From the NCBI GenBank assembly GCA_041730685.1, contig JBGSBI010000003.1, positions 4,413 to 68,412 of the forward strand: a stretch of DNA of 64,000 bases, read 5' to 3'. This DNA comes from Aliarcobacter sp. GTDB taxonomy: Bacteria; Verrucomicrobiota; Verrucomicrobiia; Methylacidiphilales; Verrucolacustridaceae. The notes beneath the pieces are model-generated. The model saw only the letters and a list, made by a program, of their open reading frames with translations, was not told the DNA's origin and ran no database searches. Below, piece after piece: positions 18,850 to 29,506 of the stretch; position 1 is the stretch's first letter; every line of letters begins with the position of its first letter. Position numbers and translations under genes: made by a program.

Positions 18850-20022
18850 TCAGTTCGGACAGACCCCTAAAAGGTAATTGGCATAGACGGGCTTCAGGCT
18901 TTCCTCGCTGTAGTTTGACTGCGCAAAGTTCAAACAGCTTCGTGAAAGTTGGTTATACGAATCAGAGGTCATCTTTGCATTCCCTAAAAATACTTTCTCT
19001 AGCGTTTCCCTTGTCATTTCTGTGAGTAGGCTGCCCGTAATTCCATTGCGAACCGATTCGGCCACTCCCCCTCGGTCAAGGGCCACTACGGGGCATCCCA
19101 AGGCAAGACTATCCTGAATAATCAATGGGAAATTATCAATCAACGAGGGATGGAAAAGAAAGTGGACTCGGTCAAACAATTTTCGGTACTCTTCGGGATT
19201 TTCCACATGCCCCAAGGAGATGATCCGATATGAGCAAAGGTCTCTGGGAAGATTTCGCCCAAGGCAAACGATTTTTGAATTCGTTTTTTCTAGAAGGCCA
19301 CTTTCATCGATCAATCGGAGGGCTGGGAGGATATTTTTCCTTTCATCCGCAAGGTTGTCTGCACCCACCAAGTAAGTCGTAGGGTCTTTTGCTTCTTTCG
19401 TTTTGGGGATTTGGGCGAACTGCTCAGGCAATAGCGGGACAAGGATCTTGCTGGCATCTATCCCGTAGAGACTCTTGGCAAGTTCACGCAACCAGTCTGA
19501 GGGCGCATTGACGAATAGCTTTTTATCCTGAATAAGATCGTGAAGTTCATCCTGTTCCAATCCTGCAAATCTTGTTGGTTTTACGGACCGATCCCAAACA
19601 TAGGATCCCTTCGCTCCAAGATAAAACATGTCATGCATCGTGATGGTTACAGGAGCATGATTTACAGCCTCACGAATCCAGTTGCAGGACCAACCCCATT
19701 TCTCTGCCCCAGCGATGTTCTGGAACCAGATAAGGTCCTGCGGATTTCTTTTCAAAAATTGGTGGATTCGAACCATAGCTCGCGGTTGCCGGCATTGATT
19801 CCTCCGTAGTTGCCCAAATGGGATTTCTCTTAGTGCGTCAAAAAAGCTGGGTTTCCCGTTAATGGTGTGACCAGGATTCAGTTCCATCCCTGCCTTATCC
19901 CCATGGATTGATAAGGTTTCGTGACCAAGATCCCCACATAGCTTGCGCATTCGTAAAGCGGCTTTCGCGGCCCCTCCAAGAAAGAGATGGTCATGTACGA
20001 ATAGTATTTTTAGCTTCTTCAC
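18850..20022 (-). CDS. Glycosyltransferase family 4
   Basis: GGAAKAA, TMHD, PSLIDNFPLIIQDSLALGCPVV. Confidence 0.85.
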   Translation of the reverse strand: MKKLKILFVHDHLFLGGAAKAALRMRKLCGDLGHETLSIHGDKAGMELNPGHTINGKPSFFDALREIPFGQLRRNQCRQPRAMVRIHQFLKRNPQDLIWFQNIAGAEKWGWSCNWIREAVNHAPVTITMHDMFYLGAKGSYVWDRSVKPTRFAGLEQDELHDLIQDKKLFVNAPSDWLRELAKSLYGIDASKILVPLLPEQFAQIPKTKEAKDPTTYLVGADNLADERKNILPALRLIDESGLLEKTNSKIVCLGRNLPRDLCSYRIISLGHVENPEEYRKLFDRVHFLFHPSLIDNFPLIIQDSLALGCPVVALDRGGVAESVRNGITGSLLTEMTRETLEKVFLGNAKMTSDSYNQLSRSCLNFAQSNYSEESLKPVYANYLLGVCPN

Positions 20023-20981
20023 GCTTTTGCAAAGAGCTTGTGGAGCTTTTCAACGAGTTTTTCCATTAATCCTAACCTTCCCGAGAGGCGCTTGTAATGA
20101 TTGATAAAGACTTCTTGATCCCAGTCTCTCGAGATTGCCTCCGGCGCTAGTTTGAGTAACTGATTGAAGATATCCCCGTTCGAACGCGTCTTGAGTTTCC
20201 CCCCCAAGTCGCTTGTGTTTTCAGCTGAAGCGTCAAAGCCGATATTATTGACAAGGTTAGAAGTTGGATTCAATGATCGAGATCCACTTTTCCAATGCGC
20301 AAACATCCACAGATAAGCCCAGCTTGAGATCTTGCCGGCTTGGATTTGATGAACTACCCCCTGCCAGTGTATTTTTTCCTTTCGGCTAAGATTTTGACCC
20401 TCGAGAATCCTGCTCAACGTTGCCGGCGTATAATGAGCCGAATATTTTCGCCATGCGCGCCTCCAAGTAGCCCACCCCCAACAATGCGGATATTGCGAAA
20501 GGTAAGCACCAGCGTTAACCAGTGTCTTCGATGGGAGAAAACAGCTCCCTGAGATGCTCATTACCTTGGGGTCGTTCTTGTGGTCCCTTAACCCTTCTTC
20601 ACAAAATCGGAAGAATTTATTCGTTGGAACACAGTCATCTTCCAAGACAATAGCATGCGGGACCTTTCGAAAGACATGAGTCAGCCCCGTTTCTACGTTC
20701 TTTTTAAGCCCTAGCTTTTTCAGTGCACATCGCATCTCTAAACGGCACGGCCAATCGATCCCCGCCCGCAGAGTCGCCCTTGCTCGGAGGCACTGGTTTT
20801 TTTCGTTTTTATTCCCTTTTTCCCAGCTGTCAGCGAAACAAAATACCCTTGAGGGTCGATACGTTCGGATCCCGCGAAGCACTTTCTGAAGGTGGTCATC
20901 CCTTCGGTAGATAAAAACAACCACCGGGATTTTCCCTCGACTCAGGCGCATATCTCTTCTTTTTGAAATTACTGTTTTCAT
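20019..20981 (-). CDS. Nucleotide-diphospho-sugar transferase (HlpA-like GT-A)
   Basis: IVLEDDCVP, PHCWGWATWRRAW, NLVNNIGF. Confidence 0.8.
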   Translation of the reverse strand: MKTVISKRRDMRLSRGKIPVVVFIYRRDDHLQKVLRGIRTYRPSRVFCFADSWEKGNKNEKNQCLRARATLRAGIDWPCRLEMRCALKKLGLKKNVETGLTHVFRKVPHAIVLEDDCVPTNKFFRFCEEGLRDHKNDPKVMSISGSCFLPSKTLVNAGAYLSQYPHCWGWATWRRAWRKYSAHYTPATLSRILEGQNLSRKEKIHWQGVVHQIQAGKISSWAYLWMFAHWKSGSRSLNPTSNLVNNIGFDASAENTSDLGGKLKTRSNGDIFNQLLKLAPEAISRDWDQEVFINHYKRLSGRLGLMEKLVEKLHKLFAKA

Positions 20982-21083
20982 CCTTTGGAAATCATCTCGA
21001 AACCAGTCTAGGCTTTATGTTTGTCCTGCGAAGGAAAAATCCTCTACTCTTAGCCTCTTGAATCTGCCCACCCCAATGGCCCA

Positions 21084-21881
21084 ATGCTAAAAACACTTTG
21101 CAAGAATTGGTCTCGCAGGTCCCGTGGCGATCTCCCTCCTAAATCTCTACTTAAAATCCCCCGTAAGACCCCAGGAAGAATCACTTTTCGGGGTTATGAA
21201 TTTAACTACCTTGACCCTCTTTCCCTTTATTGGAGTTGGCAGGAAATCTTCGGCGATGAGATATATCGTTTTCCTCATACCACGGGCAATCCCAAGATCC
21301 TTGATGGGGGCGCAAATCTCGGCCTTGCCTCCCTCTATTTTCTAAACCTTTTCCCGAACGCCTCTATCACGGCTATCGAGCCCGACCCCATCTGCTTCAA
21401 CTTGTTGTCGAAGAACTTAGCCTGGGCAACTACCTCCTCTCTTGTATTTAAAAACTGCGCCTTGGCCGGTCAACGTGGCCGAAGAAAGTTTTTCGCTCAT
21501 ACTGGAGATGCAGGACGGCTGGATGTACCTCTATCTCTTACTATTGCAGCCGTGGAGGTTGATTGCTTCCCTTTGGATGACTTTTTGTCGGAACCGATCG
21601 ATTTCGTGAAACTAGATCTTGAAGGCGCCGAAACAGAGGTCCTGACATCCTGCCGCCGCCTTAATCAGATCCATCATCTCTTCGTTGAACACCACTCTTT
21701 TACCACTCGACCCCAGGACTTGGATCAAGCTCTCCGGACTCTTTCAAATTCAGGGTTCCGCTACTGGATCCAATCCCAGTTCCTCCCTAAAAGACCTTAC
21801 GAGAGCTTGCAGACCAATGAGGGCATGGATTTACAGGTGAACATTTTTGCCACCAACCAAAAATGGAATAAACCCAGCTAG
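21084..21881 (+). CDS. FkbM family methyltransferase
   Basis: ILDGGANLG, EPDP, FVKLDLEGAE. Confidence 0.9.
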   Translation: MLKTLCKNWSRRSRGDLPPKSLLKIPRKTPGRITFRGYEFNYLDPLSLYWSWQEIFGDEIYRFPHTTGNPKILDGGANLGLASLYFLNLFPNASITAIEPDPICFNLLSKNLAWATTSSLVFKNCALAGQRGRRKFFAHTGDAGRLDVPLSLTIAAVEVDCFPLDDFLSEPIDFVKLDLEGAETEVLTSCRRLNQIHHLFVEHHSFTTRPQDLDQALRTLSNSGFRYWIQSQFLPKRPYESLQTNEGMDLQVNIFATNQKWNKPS

Positions 21882-22831
21882 CCTGCCTTGTCTTTCTTAT
21901 GGAGCTTTTCTGAAGCAGACAGAAAACTCCGTATTCCATCCTCTAAGCCTATTTTTGGGAGCCACCCTGTCGAACTAATGAGTTTTTGAGAGCTTAAATT
22001 CGTTTTCTCAACGTCCCATGAGGGATGCCCAAGAAATTCGCAATCAGGATGCCATTCGAGGTGGCTTGAGAAGACTGAGAGCACTTCGAGAACTGAATGG
22101 GATTTTCCTGTGCAAAGATTCCAAATGCCATCCAGCCCAACCTCAAGAGTCCGAGACACCGCCTCACAGAAGTCATCCACGTGAAGATAATCTTTGGTCG
22201 CTGTTCCATCGCCCCAAAGTGTGGGTTTGGTGTTTTTGTAAAAACATTCAGCCAGCTTTGCGATCACTCCTTGGGGCACCTTGCTCACCCCTTGTACCCC
22301 ATAAAGATTAGAAATCCGCAGAATCGCAACCTTGCCATGACCGTGAGCAGAGTATTGCTGCAGAAGCTCCTCCGCGGCTACTTTCCCTGCGGCATAGTAA
22401 CTTTTGGGGGCCAAAGTCGTCTCCTCAACTGCAGGCTGGTTCCCACATTCCCCATAGACTGCCCCAGTCGATGGAAAAACAAGCAAAGGTCTCTGCATTT
22501 CTGGGAGCCGGCCTAAGGCTTGAAGTAGCTTGGAAATAAAGGGCAAATCTTTTTGCCATTCCGCCCCCTGCTGCTCCTCAGCAACCTTCGGGACTGTCCC
22601 CCACCCGAAATGTAGGACCGCATGAAACAGCGACAAATTAGAAGACTCAAGAAGGGCATCTAACCCTTGATGTTCCCTAGATTCTTTCCTAGAAAATGTT
22701 TTTACCACTACACCCTTCTTCCGCAGATGTTCAACCAAGAGTGGGGCATGCCTTCCTCGTGCCCCAGTAACCGCTACCCGCAACCCTTCTAACTTTTGAT
22801 TCATTGATTTTGGTTCGGCTTTCAGACGCAA
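21878..22831 (-). CDS. NAD-dependent epimerase/dehydratase
   Basis: STGAVYG, YAAGK, WGDGTATKDYLHVDD. Confidence 0.85.
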   Translation of the reverse strand: MRLKAEPKSMNQKLEGLRVAVTGARGRHAPLLVEHLRKKGVVVKTFSRKESREHQGLDALLESSNLSLFHAVLHFGWGTVPKVAEEQQGAEWQKDLPFISKLLQALGRLPEMQRPLLVFPSTGAVYGECGNQPAVEETTLAPKSYYAAGKVAAEELLQQYSAHGHGKVAILRISNLYGVQGVSKVPQGVIAKLAECFYKNTKPTLWGDGTATKDYLHVDDFCEAVSRTLEVGLDGIWNLCTGKSHSVLEVLSVFSSHLEWHPDCEFLGHPSWDVEKTNLSSQKLISSTGWLPKIGLEDGIRSFLSASEKLHKKDKAG

Positions 22832-24624
22832 TACTTACGAATATTTCTCATCCAACACTCTCCAACCAGCAACTTATATGCCATATCAGTATGCCGCGCA
22901 TTGTTTTGCCCCAAAGTCATAACACGGCGAATCCAGCGCTCGGGAAGTAAACCGCTTTCAATCCAAGCTCCCCCGAAAAGCAGGGCCCCGTGCCTCTTTA
23001 GGATAGCTCTCTTCCACTCTTTTCCGGGCGGAGCAAACCCCCGTTTCGCTCGGTCCAGCCACCAAGCAGGCAAAATATCGCGGGCCACATTTTTTAGCCA
23101 TGTTTTGGGAGAAAGAAACTGATCCGGTGTGGCCTCACGATGGCCTAAGACTTTCTCCCAAAGTCGATGATCCAGCAGAAGTTGACGGGCTTCTACGGAG
23201 TGAGCCATCCCAAGACGATCCGCAAGCGGCAATCCGTTCGCCAAAAGATAAGTGCGGGAAATCATTCTTGTAACTCTCAATCCGGCTGGATCTTCAGGCC
23301 TATCCCACTCTTTTCCGGCAGATCGAAAAATCCCTCCGAAGGATGGCATTTCGGAAAATAAGGGGAGAGTTCTTCTGGCTCTTTGAATTTCCGGAGAGTT
23401 GGCATAAAAAGAATTCCCTCTCCCCAGCAACATTTCTATCCAACCGCCTGTTCGACCATGCGCCGTTTCCGACATAAGCTGTGCTGTTTCTCTGACCCAA
23501 GAGTATCCCCAGAATAATTCGTCTCCACCTTGCCCCATCAAGAGAACAGGGGCTCCCATTTCAGAAGATTTCTGGGAAAGGGAAAAGTAACCATGGGCAG
23601 CAATATCAGCCAAAAGATCATCGGAGGCATCCACGAGGCCTTGAAATCCATTTATCACAGATTCTGTGGAGATTTCGACCTCATGATGCTCGACCCCCAG
23701 TTCCTCCGCCAATCGCTTGGCAGGCTCTCTCTCGTCCATTTCTGGTCGCCCAGGATATCCCACGGTGATTGATCTGAGGCCACCAATCTGCCCGGCAGAT
23801 TTTGCTGCCAGAGCCAGCACCAATCCGGAGTCCAATCCTCCGCTTAAAGCCACCGCTACAGGACGTTCAGACCTTAGGATTTGCTGGGAAGCCATCTCCA
23901 GCGCTACTCGAATATCCTCTTCGGGATTGACCCCACAAGGGGAAGAGCTTGGAAAATCCCAATACGTATAAACCGTCTCTCTTCCGGAATCTGCTTCCAC
24001 CGTCAGACACGTTCCTGGGGCCAATTTGGTGATTCCTTCGATCGGTGTTTTCGGATCATGGACATATTCAAAAAGAAGAAATTCAGCCAAGGCGGATACA
24101 TTGAGTGAGTACTTTGCTTTGGCTAGACGACAAAGCGCCCGGATTTCGGAAGCAAAGGATAGTTCTCCACCCCGACGATGAAGGTAAAGTGGCTTTTCCC
24201 CCATTCGATCCCGAGCGAGAACCAGTTTGCGCTTTTTTTGATCCCATATTGCACAGGCAAACATCCCCGCCATTTCAGAGATAAACTTCTCCTCCTTCTC
24301 CTCGTACAAATGGACCATCACCTCGCAGTCGCTATCCCCTTGAAACTGATGTCCTCTTTTTTGCAACTCCGTGCGGAGTTCGACATAGTTGTAAATCTCC
24401 CCATTCGCCACCGCCACAACCGAGCGATCCTCGTTAAAAAAAGGCTGCTGCCCATTTTTTAAACCATTGATCGCCAGTCGGCGCATTCCCATGGCGATCC
24501 CCCTCCCTTCCCAAACCCCCTGACCATCCGGCCCTCTCGTTTCAAGCGCCTTGAACGCCGAGGATGGTAATTGGATCAAAGAATCAATTCCGCCGAATTT
24601 TAGTGTGCCTAAGATTCCACACAT
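22822..24624 (-). CDS. asnB: Asparagine-synthase-like glutamine amidotransferase (probable sugar amidation)
   Basis: N-terminal MCGI, RGPD, NGEIYNY, RDRMGEKPL, LSGGLDS, GGDELF. Confidence 0.9.
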   Translation of the reverse strand: MCGILGTLKFGGIDSLIQLPSSAFKALETRGPDGQGVWEGRGIAMGMRRLAINGLKNGQQPFFNEDRSVVAVANGEIYNYVELRTELQKRGHQFQGDSDCEVMVHLYEEKEEKFISEMAGMFACAIWDQKKRKLVLARDRMGEKPLYLHRRGGELSFASEIRALCRLAKAKYSLNVSALAEFLLFEYVHDPKTPIEGITKLAPGTCLTVEADSGRETVYTYWDFPSSSPCGVNPEEDIRVALEMASQQILRSERPVAVALSGGLDSGLVLALAAKSAGQIGGLRSITVGYPGRPEMDEREPAKRLAEELGVEHHEVEISTESVINGFQGLVDASDDLLADIAAHGYFSLSQKSSEMGAPVLLMGQGGDELFWGYSWVRETAQLMSETAHGRTGGWIEMLLGRGNSFYANSPEIQRARRTLPLFSEMPSFGGIFRSAGKEWDRPEDPAGLRVTRMISRTYLLANGLPLADRLGMAHSVEARQLLLDHRLWEKVLGHREATPDQFLSPKTWLKNVARDILPAWWLDRAKRGFAPPGKEWKRAILKRHGALLFGGAWIESGLLPERWIRRVMTLGQNNARHTDMAYKLLVGECWMRNIRKYCV

Positions 24625-24646
24625 GTTTAAAATCCATTCCTAGCAA

Positions 24647-25828
24647 ATGTTGCGCTTTTTAAAAACCCATGTTCGCGATCCTTTTGCCAAAATTCTGCAA
24701 AAAGGTCCTTGGACATCCACTTTGCTCGGCCCCCCAAAGGGCTCATATCCCGACACTCCTTGCCTGCTGCAAGGCCCGCTGGGGCCGAAATGGGGGGCTC
24801 AGTTTTATAATGTGGAAGCTGAAGAAAGAGTCTCACAGCCGGCTTCTGCCGTTAACCTTTCTGCACGTTCTGTCCCTAGTTTTCATCAAAAACATGAGTA
24901 TTTATCTCCTTCGTGGTGGGTGGCAAAGATTCCCAATGCCCGGGTTGCTGGGAAAAGCGTAGCGGTAATCACCCCAGATGACCATGTTCTCAATGATGTT
25001 TCCCTTGAGTGGGGTCATCATCCCGGAGGTCAGAGAATTTTTCGAAGATTGCGCCTTCCCCGTGCAAAGAAACTGCAGACTCCATCCTTGCTTTTGGCTA
25101 GCACTGGCTCCGAAAATTATTTTCATTGGCTTTTTGATATCCTTCCAAGACTGGAAATTCTCCGGAGAAGTCCCTTGCGCTCCTCTCTTTCAAACGATTG
25201 GATTGTAACCCACGCTCTACGCCCCTTCCAATCCGAGAGTTTGCTAGCTTATGGATTTGCAATACCGAATCTTATTCTCCTCGATCAACAACCCCATCTT
25301 TCCTGTCGCGAACTTACTTTGCCTTCTTTGCCGGGACTTTCCGGCGATCCAGCATTGAGAACTTGCCAGTTTCTCCGAACCCTACTAACCCCATCTTTTT
25401 TGGCTGTCCCATCCACCTTTGGGGAGCGCATTTATCTGAGCCGTCAGGATACAGGCGGAAGAAGACTTAAAAACGAATCTGAGCTTTGGGCGCGCCTTGA
25501 ACCGCTAGGATTCCAACGCATCTTTGCCGGACAACTTACATTTGTCCAACAAGCCAGGGTTTTTTCACATGCCAAACTCATCATTGGTGTTCATGGCGCG
25601 GCATTAACGAATCTTGTCTTCGCTCATCAGGGGGCCAAAATCATCGAGCTATTCCCCGATGACTACACGAATAGCTGCTATCGGGTTGTTGCGCTCCATA
25701 GGCGCCTTCGATACTTCTATGCACTCGGGACATCATGCGAGAATTCTCAACAAAAAATAGTTTCCAAAGATCTTACTCTTTCAAATGATACTATCCAGAA
25801 CATTGTTAAAGTGGCTTCCCAACTTTGA
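24647..25828 (+). CDS. Glycosyltransferase family 61 / DUF563
   Basis: NYFHWLFDILPRL, RIYLSR, IIGVHGAALTN. Confidence 0.85.
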   Translation: MLRFLKTHVRDPFAKILQKGPWTSTLLGPPKGSYPDTPCLLQGPLGPKWGAQFYNVEAEERVSQPASAVNLSARSVPSFHQKHEYLSPSWWVAKIPNARVAGKSVAVITPDDHVLNDVSLEWGHHPGGQRIFRRLRLPRAKKLQTPSLLLASTGSENYFHWLFDILPRLEILRRSPLRSSLSNDWIVTHALRPFQSESLLAYGFAIPNLILLDQQPHLSCRELTLPSLPGLSGDPALRTCQFLRTLLTPSFLAVPSTFGERIYLSRQDTGGRRLKNESELWARLEPLGFQRIFAGQLTFVQQARVFSHAKLIIGVHGAALTNLVFAHQGAKIIELFPDDYTNSCYRVVALHRRLRYFYALGTSCENSQQKIVSKDLTLSNDTIQNIVKVASQL

Positions 25829-25839
25829 GCGTTAGTGTT

Positions 25840-26700
25840 TTATATTTCTGTCTCTTGAATTATTTCTTGAGCAACTTGTTTTGGATCGCCCGACTCTCCT
25901 GTCGATTCAAGATAGTCTGTTGATTGAAACTCCAGCCATTTGCGTAAGGCTCCATTTTCCAGCGGCAAAAGACCGAGTTTGCACCATCGGCGACAGATGG
26001 AAACATGGCTTTTCCTCCAAATGCCCTGATCTTGGTTATTTGTGAGACTCTTAGGATCCACAGAACAAACGGCGACTTCCTTATGATGATAATAGACTCC
26101 AGCTAACATTCCCATCGTCAAATGACAAAAAGTGTCCATCTGCGGGCCTTGATCAAAATCAAATGGAACAGCCCTAAACATCGAAGTCCTCCCAATCACA
26201 GTTGCACCTGGAACATTAACCTTTGATTCGAATACGGCTCGCCGAAACTCTTCTGGAGAAATGATCGAGTTTTTCTTCGGAGCCCAGCCAACTATTCCTT
26301 TTTCTGATTCATCAACGGAATCTATTAATTTAGCCTTTGCAAAACACAGTGCCACAGATTCTCTGAGTAGCTTTATTTCTGCCACACGGAAGTAGTTTGT
26401 ATTTAGATAATAATCATTTGCAGAGGTGAATCCTGCAAGCGCGGTCTTAATCGAAACAAGTCCCTCGACTAATGTTGGTCCTATACCAAGGTTGTCTCTT
26501 CGCTTGCATAACTGAACTTGAGGATATTTTTCAAGCTCTAGGGCAAGTTGCTGGCTTATTTCGAACGACGAGCCATCATCCAATACCTTGATGCAAGAGG
26601 ACTTTCCCGAAACTTTTATAAGATGAGAGATCGTTCTGCCTATGGTTTTTACATCGTTGTAATGCGGGATTATGAAAGATGTGCTTATTGCTTTACTCAT
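25840..26700 (-). CDS. Glycosyltransferase family 2
   Basis: SFIIPHYN, VLDDGS, NLGIG. Confidence 0.8.
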   Translation of the reverse strand: MSKAISTSFIIPHYNDVKTIGRTISHLIKVSGKSSCIKVLDDGSSFEISQQLALELEKYPQVQLCKRRDNLGIGPTLVEGLVSIKTALAGFTSANDYYLNTNYFRVAEIKLLRESVALCFAKAKLIDSVDESEKGIVGWAPKKNSIISPEEFRRAVFESKVNVPGATVIGRTSMFRAVPFDFDQGPQMDTFCHLTMGMLAGVYYHHKEVAVCSVDPKSLTNNQDQGIWRKSHVSICRRWCKLGLLPLENGALRKWLEFQSTDYLESTGESGDPKQVAQEIIQETEI

Positions 26701-26719
26701 TCCGCTTTTACCAGCAAGC

Positions 26720-29497
26720 CTAATTCTTCAGGGATTGACGGGTAAATCGAAATGATTTTGAAAGATACACTAACCCTTTGCGGCCATCTTTCGCTACTGG
26801 TTGAAGCCCTACCACGTAATCCTTCCCATAGTCTAACGAAGTCAGCATGATTCCACTACTATTTGGTGCTTCAGATAAAAGCTTCAGGTTATAATAATCT
26901 CTTCCTTTTTCAATCTTTAGCTCAGGATAGTCATTTATTTTAGTATTCTCTGTTTTATATGCATCATTGACGCAGTATAAAAATATTTTTGTATCTCCTT
27001 CTTTTGATGTTTCATCGGCGTACGTTGCTTTGGCGCCCAGCATCAGATCGCTATTCTTTTTGATCAAAACTGGCATCAGACTTAGTAGAATTGGACTTTG
27101 CCCTTCTTCAGAAATTCTTAATCCTAGTGTCGCCACGTTAACCTCCACGTTTCTCTGGTTTTCTGTGTCCGGAATATTTATGTTTTTTAATTCTACTGAA
27201 TTTAGGGGTCTCGCGTAACCTTCAGTCCGAACAGGATATTCAGCGCGAAAAAACCCTTCAGAGTTGTCTTTAACTATTTCAATGTAGGGAAATGGGTCCC
27301 AAGATAACTCAAATACTTCGAAATGATTGTTTCGTTTATTTTGCTTGTATACGCATTCCGTTATTTTACTTTGCCCTACAGGATTCGATACCAAGCTCTT
27401 TTCATCGCGAAATAACGTGAAGAGATTATGGGCCCATCCAAACAATGTATGATTCTGCTTATATTCCACAAGGATTGATGGTTTCTCATATCCAGGAATC
27501 AAATCTGTCTTACGAATCCATAGTTTTTCTTTGTCGAGCTGAACAGGAGGAGGCGATTTATTTTCGCGCAGAATATTGCCTGGAAGACAATATCGTGCAG
27601 TCCCTTTTGTCTCATATGCATATGGCATAGCATAGTTTTGTGTGGCTATCACTTGTCCGGGGTAATTATGCCCAACCCACCGAATCGATTCCGCCCCGTG
27701 TGGCGGCAAAAGCTGTAGGAATGTGGCCCCCGCTCCAACCCATTCCAAAGCCAACAGTACGGTTATTATTTGCCCCACCCAATTTACGTCGCGCCAACGC
27801 AGATTAAAAGCCATGTAGCTGTTGCTGTAAGACCTCACTATTGTTGCCATAAATGGGAAAAAGCCAAAAACCACAAGCGGACAGGACTTATTGAGGTATC
27901 CAGTCTTCACGTATCCTGCGAATGCAAAATTTAAAACAATTCCTGCAGATAATCCCGTGAAAAATAGGCTGCAGGCCTTAGTTGATTTTGTACTGCCCTG
28001 AGTTGTTTTACTCATTGCCAAAAAGGGAAGAAGCAAGCAACCCCAGAAATAAGAAAATCTTACAATGTGGCTTTCCTGAAAAATATTTGTGTAATCCGTG
28101 CTATCTATTGGCTTTAAATATTGAACTGCAATTGAAAATAACGATGTCGCGACAATCCCTATGCACAGCTTTTTTCTGTCATCCACATTGCTTAGTTTTG
28201 CAGAAATTACACCAAGAAACAAACTCCCTATGAAAAGTCCAGGCAAGCCACGACCATGATTCCTTATGAATTGCCCTCCAGAGGACCAGTTTATAAATGC
28301 TCCATATCTGTAAAAAATACTAATATAGAAGCACCATAAAAAAATAAATAAAATATAACTCTTGTAACTCGAATTCGAAACAAAGCCCCAACATTTCCAG
28401 TTCTCATTGAAATACCCCTCCCTTAATGAAAGTTCGTTTACCAACAAGGTCGCAATAAGGAACAAGGCCGCCATTAAGCAGAAGTAGGGAAATTGGATCA
28501 ACCCGCCACCAAATAAATTCTTAATGCTATAATCTATTTTTCGATCATTTTTTCCTTGCTCATAGTTTGGCATGAACATTACGTTGTTTTTTTCGTAAAG
28601 CTCGACTTTCTGGGGGCTCTTTTTTTCGGCTTCATTCCTATCTGCAAAGTTTCTTGCGACTATTGTGGTCTTTATGTCCTTTAGAAGATTCGTGTACCCA
28701 TAGTATCCAATTAACTGGGTAGCCAATATAAGAATTGCCATGACAGCTCCCAATGCAAATCCCTTTAATTGCAAAAGACAACGCAGCTCGGGCCATGAAC
28801 AAACTTTTCTTGATATCAATAAAAAGATCGCGACAGAAAGCCCCGTAAACATTGCAAAAACGGGTTCTGCATAATAGAGGGAAAATGCCATGAACCCGCC
28901 GAGGAGTTGAATCCTCCAATTGCTGGGGTTCCGGAGCAGCAGAACCACATAGCTGATTGAGCCGTAGAATGAAAAGATTTGCCAAACTCTCCAGGTGTTG
29001 ACCATCCACTGCATAATTCCAATGTAATCTGTAAGCATGAATCCGCACGCCACGGCCGCCCAAACGGGGGAATCTAGAACATATTCGAAAACCTTGTAGG
29101 CAAAGAACACAGCAAGCCCCCCGATGATTACCGCAGTGATCAGAATTTGCTGAGAAACGGAAACTACGCCTAACAAGTAAAGCAATGTAATCCAAATCCG
29201 TGGAAATTCGCCGCCATGGCTATAAATAACCGGATGAGCTTCGGGATGCTTCCCAGACATTTCGGCCACTTCATCTGCCAATCCCCAACTTTTTTTTAGC
29301 CCCTCCCAACCGTAATCCACCATGTTTTTTGCATGCCCTGCATTGCTCCAATTTTCATTGCCGTCCATGACATAGGGCAACCCATCCCCACCTTTCCAAA
29401 GAGAAACTGCAAGGATTTGATAAAGTACGATAACTCCTGCGCATAAAATTTTAGCACGGTACGGATGTGCCGAATGAATGAGGTTCTTTAAAAACAT
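26720..29497 (-). CDS. Large polytopic membrane protein (GT-C-like)
   Basis: 925 aa, many TM segments plus a soluble C-terminus, AT-rich. Confidence 0.6.
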   Translation of the reverse strand: MFLKNLIHSAHPYRAKILCAGVIVLYQILAVSLWKGGDGLPYVMDGNENWSNAGHAKNMVDYGWEGLKKSWGLADEVAEMSGKHPEAHPVIYSHGGEFPRIWITLLYLLGVVSVSQQILITAVIIGGLAVFFAYKVFEYVLDSPVWAAVACGFMLTDYIGIMQWMVNTWRVWQIFSFYGSISYVVLLLRNPSNWRIQLLGGFMAFSLYYAEPVFAMFTGLSVAIFLLISRKVCSWPELRCLLQLKGFALGAVMAILILATQLIGYYGYTNLLKDIKTTIVARNFADRNEAEKKSPQKVELYEKNNVMFMPNYEQGKNDRKIDYSIKNLFGGGLIQFPYFCLMAALFLIATLLVNELSLREGYFNENWKCWGFVSNSSYKSYILFIFLWCFYISIFYRYGAFINWSSGGQFIRNHGRGLPGLFIGSLFLGVISAKLSNVDDRKKLCIGIVATSLFSIAVQYLKPIDSTDYTNIFQESHIVRFSYFWGCLLLPFLAMSKTTQGSTKSTKACSLFFTGLSAGIVLNFAFAGYVKTGYLNKSCPLVVFGFFPFMATIVRSYSNSYMAFNLRWRDVNWVGQIITVLLALEWVGAGATFLQLLPPHGAESIRWVGHNYPGQVIATQNYAMPYAYETKGTARYCLPGNILRENKSPPPVQLDKEKLWIRKTDLIPGYEKPSILVEYKQNHTLFGWAHNLFTLFRDEKSLVSNPVGQSKITECVYKQNKRNNHFEVFELSWDPFPYIEIVKDNSEGFFRAEYPVRTEGYARPLNSVELKNINIPDTENQRNVEVNVATLGLRISEEGQSPILLSLMPVLIKKNSDLMLGAKATYADETSKEGDTKIFLYCVNDAYKTENTKINDYPELKIEKGRDYYNLKLLSEAPNSSGIMLTSLDYGKDYVVGLQPVAKDGRKGLVYLSKSFRFTRQSLKN

Positions 29498-29506
29498 AGC
29501 TACTCC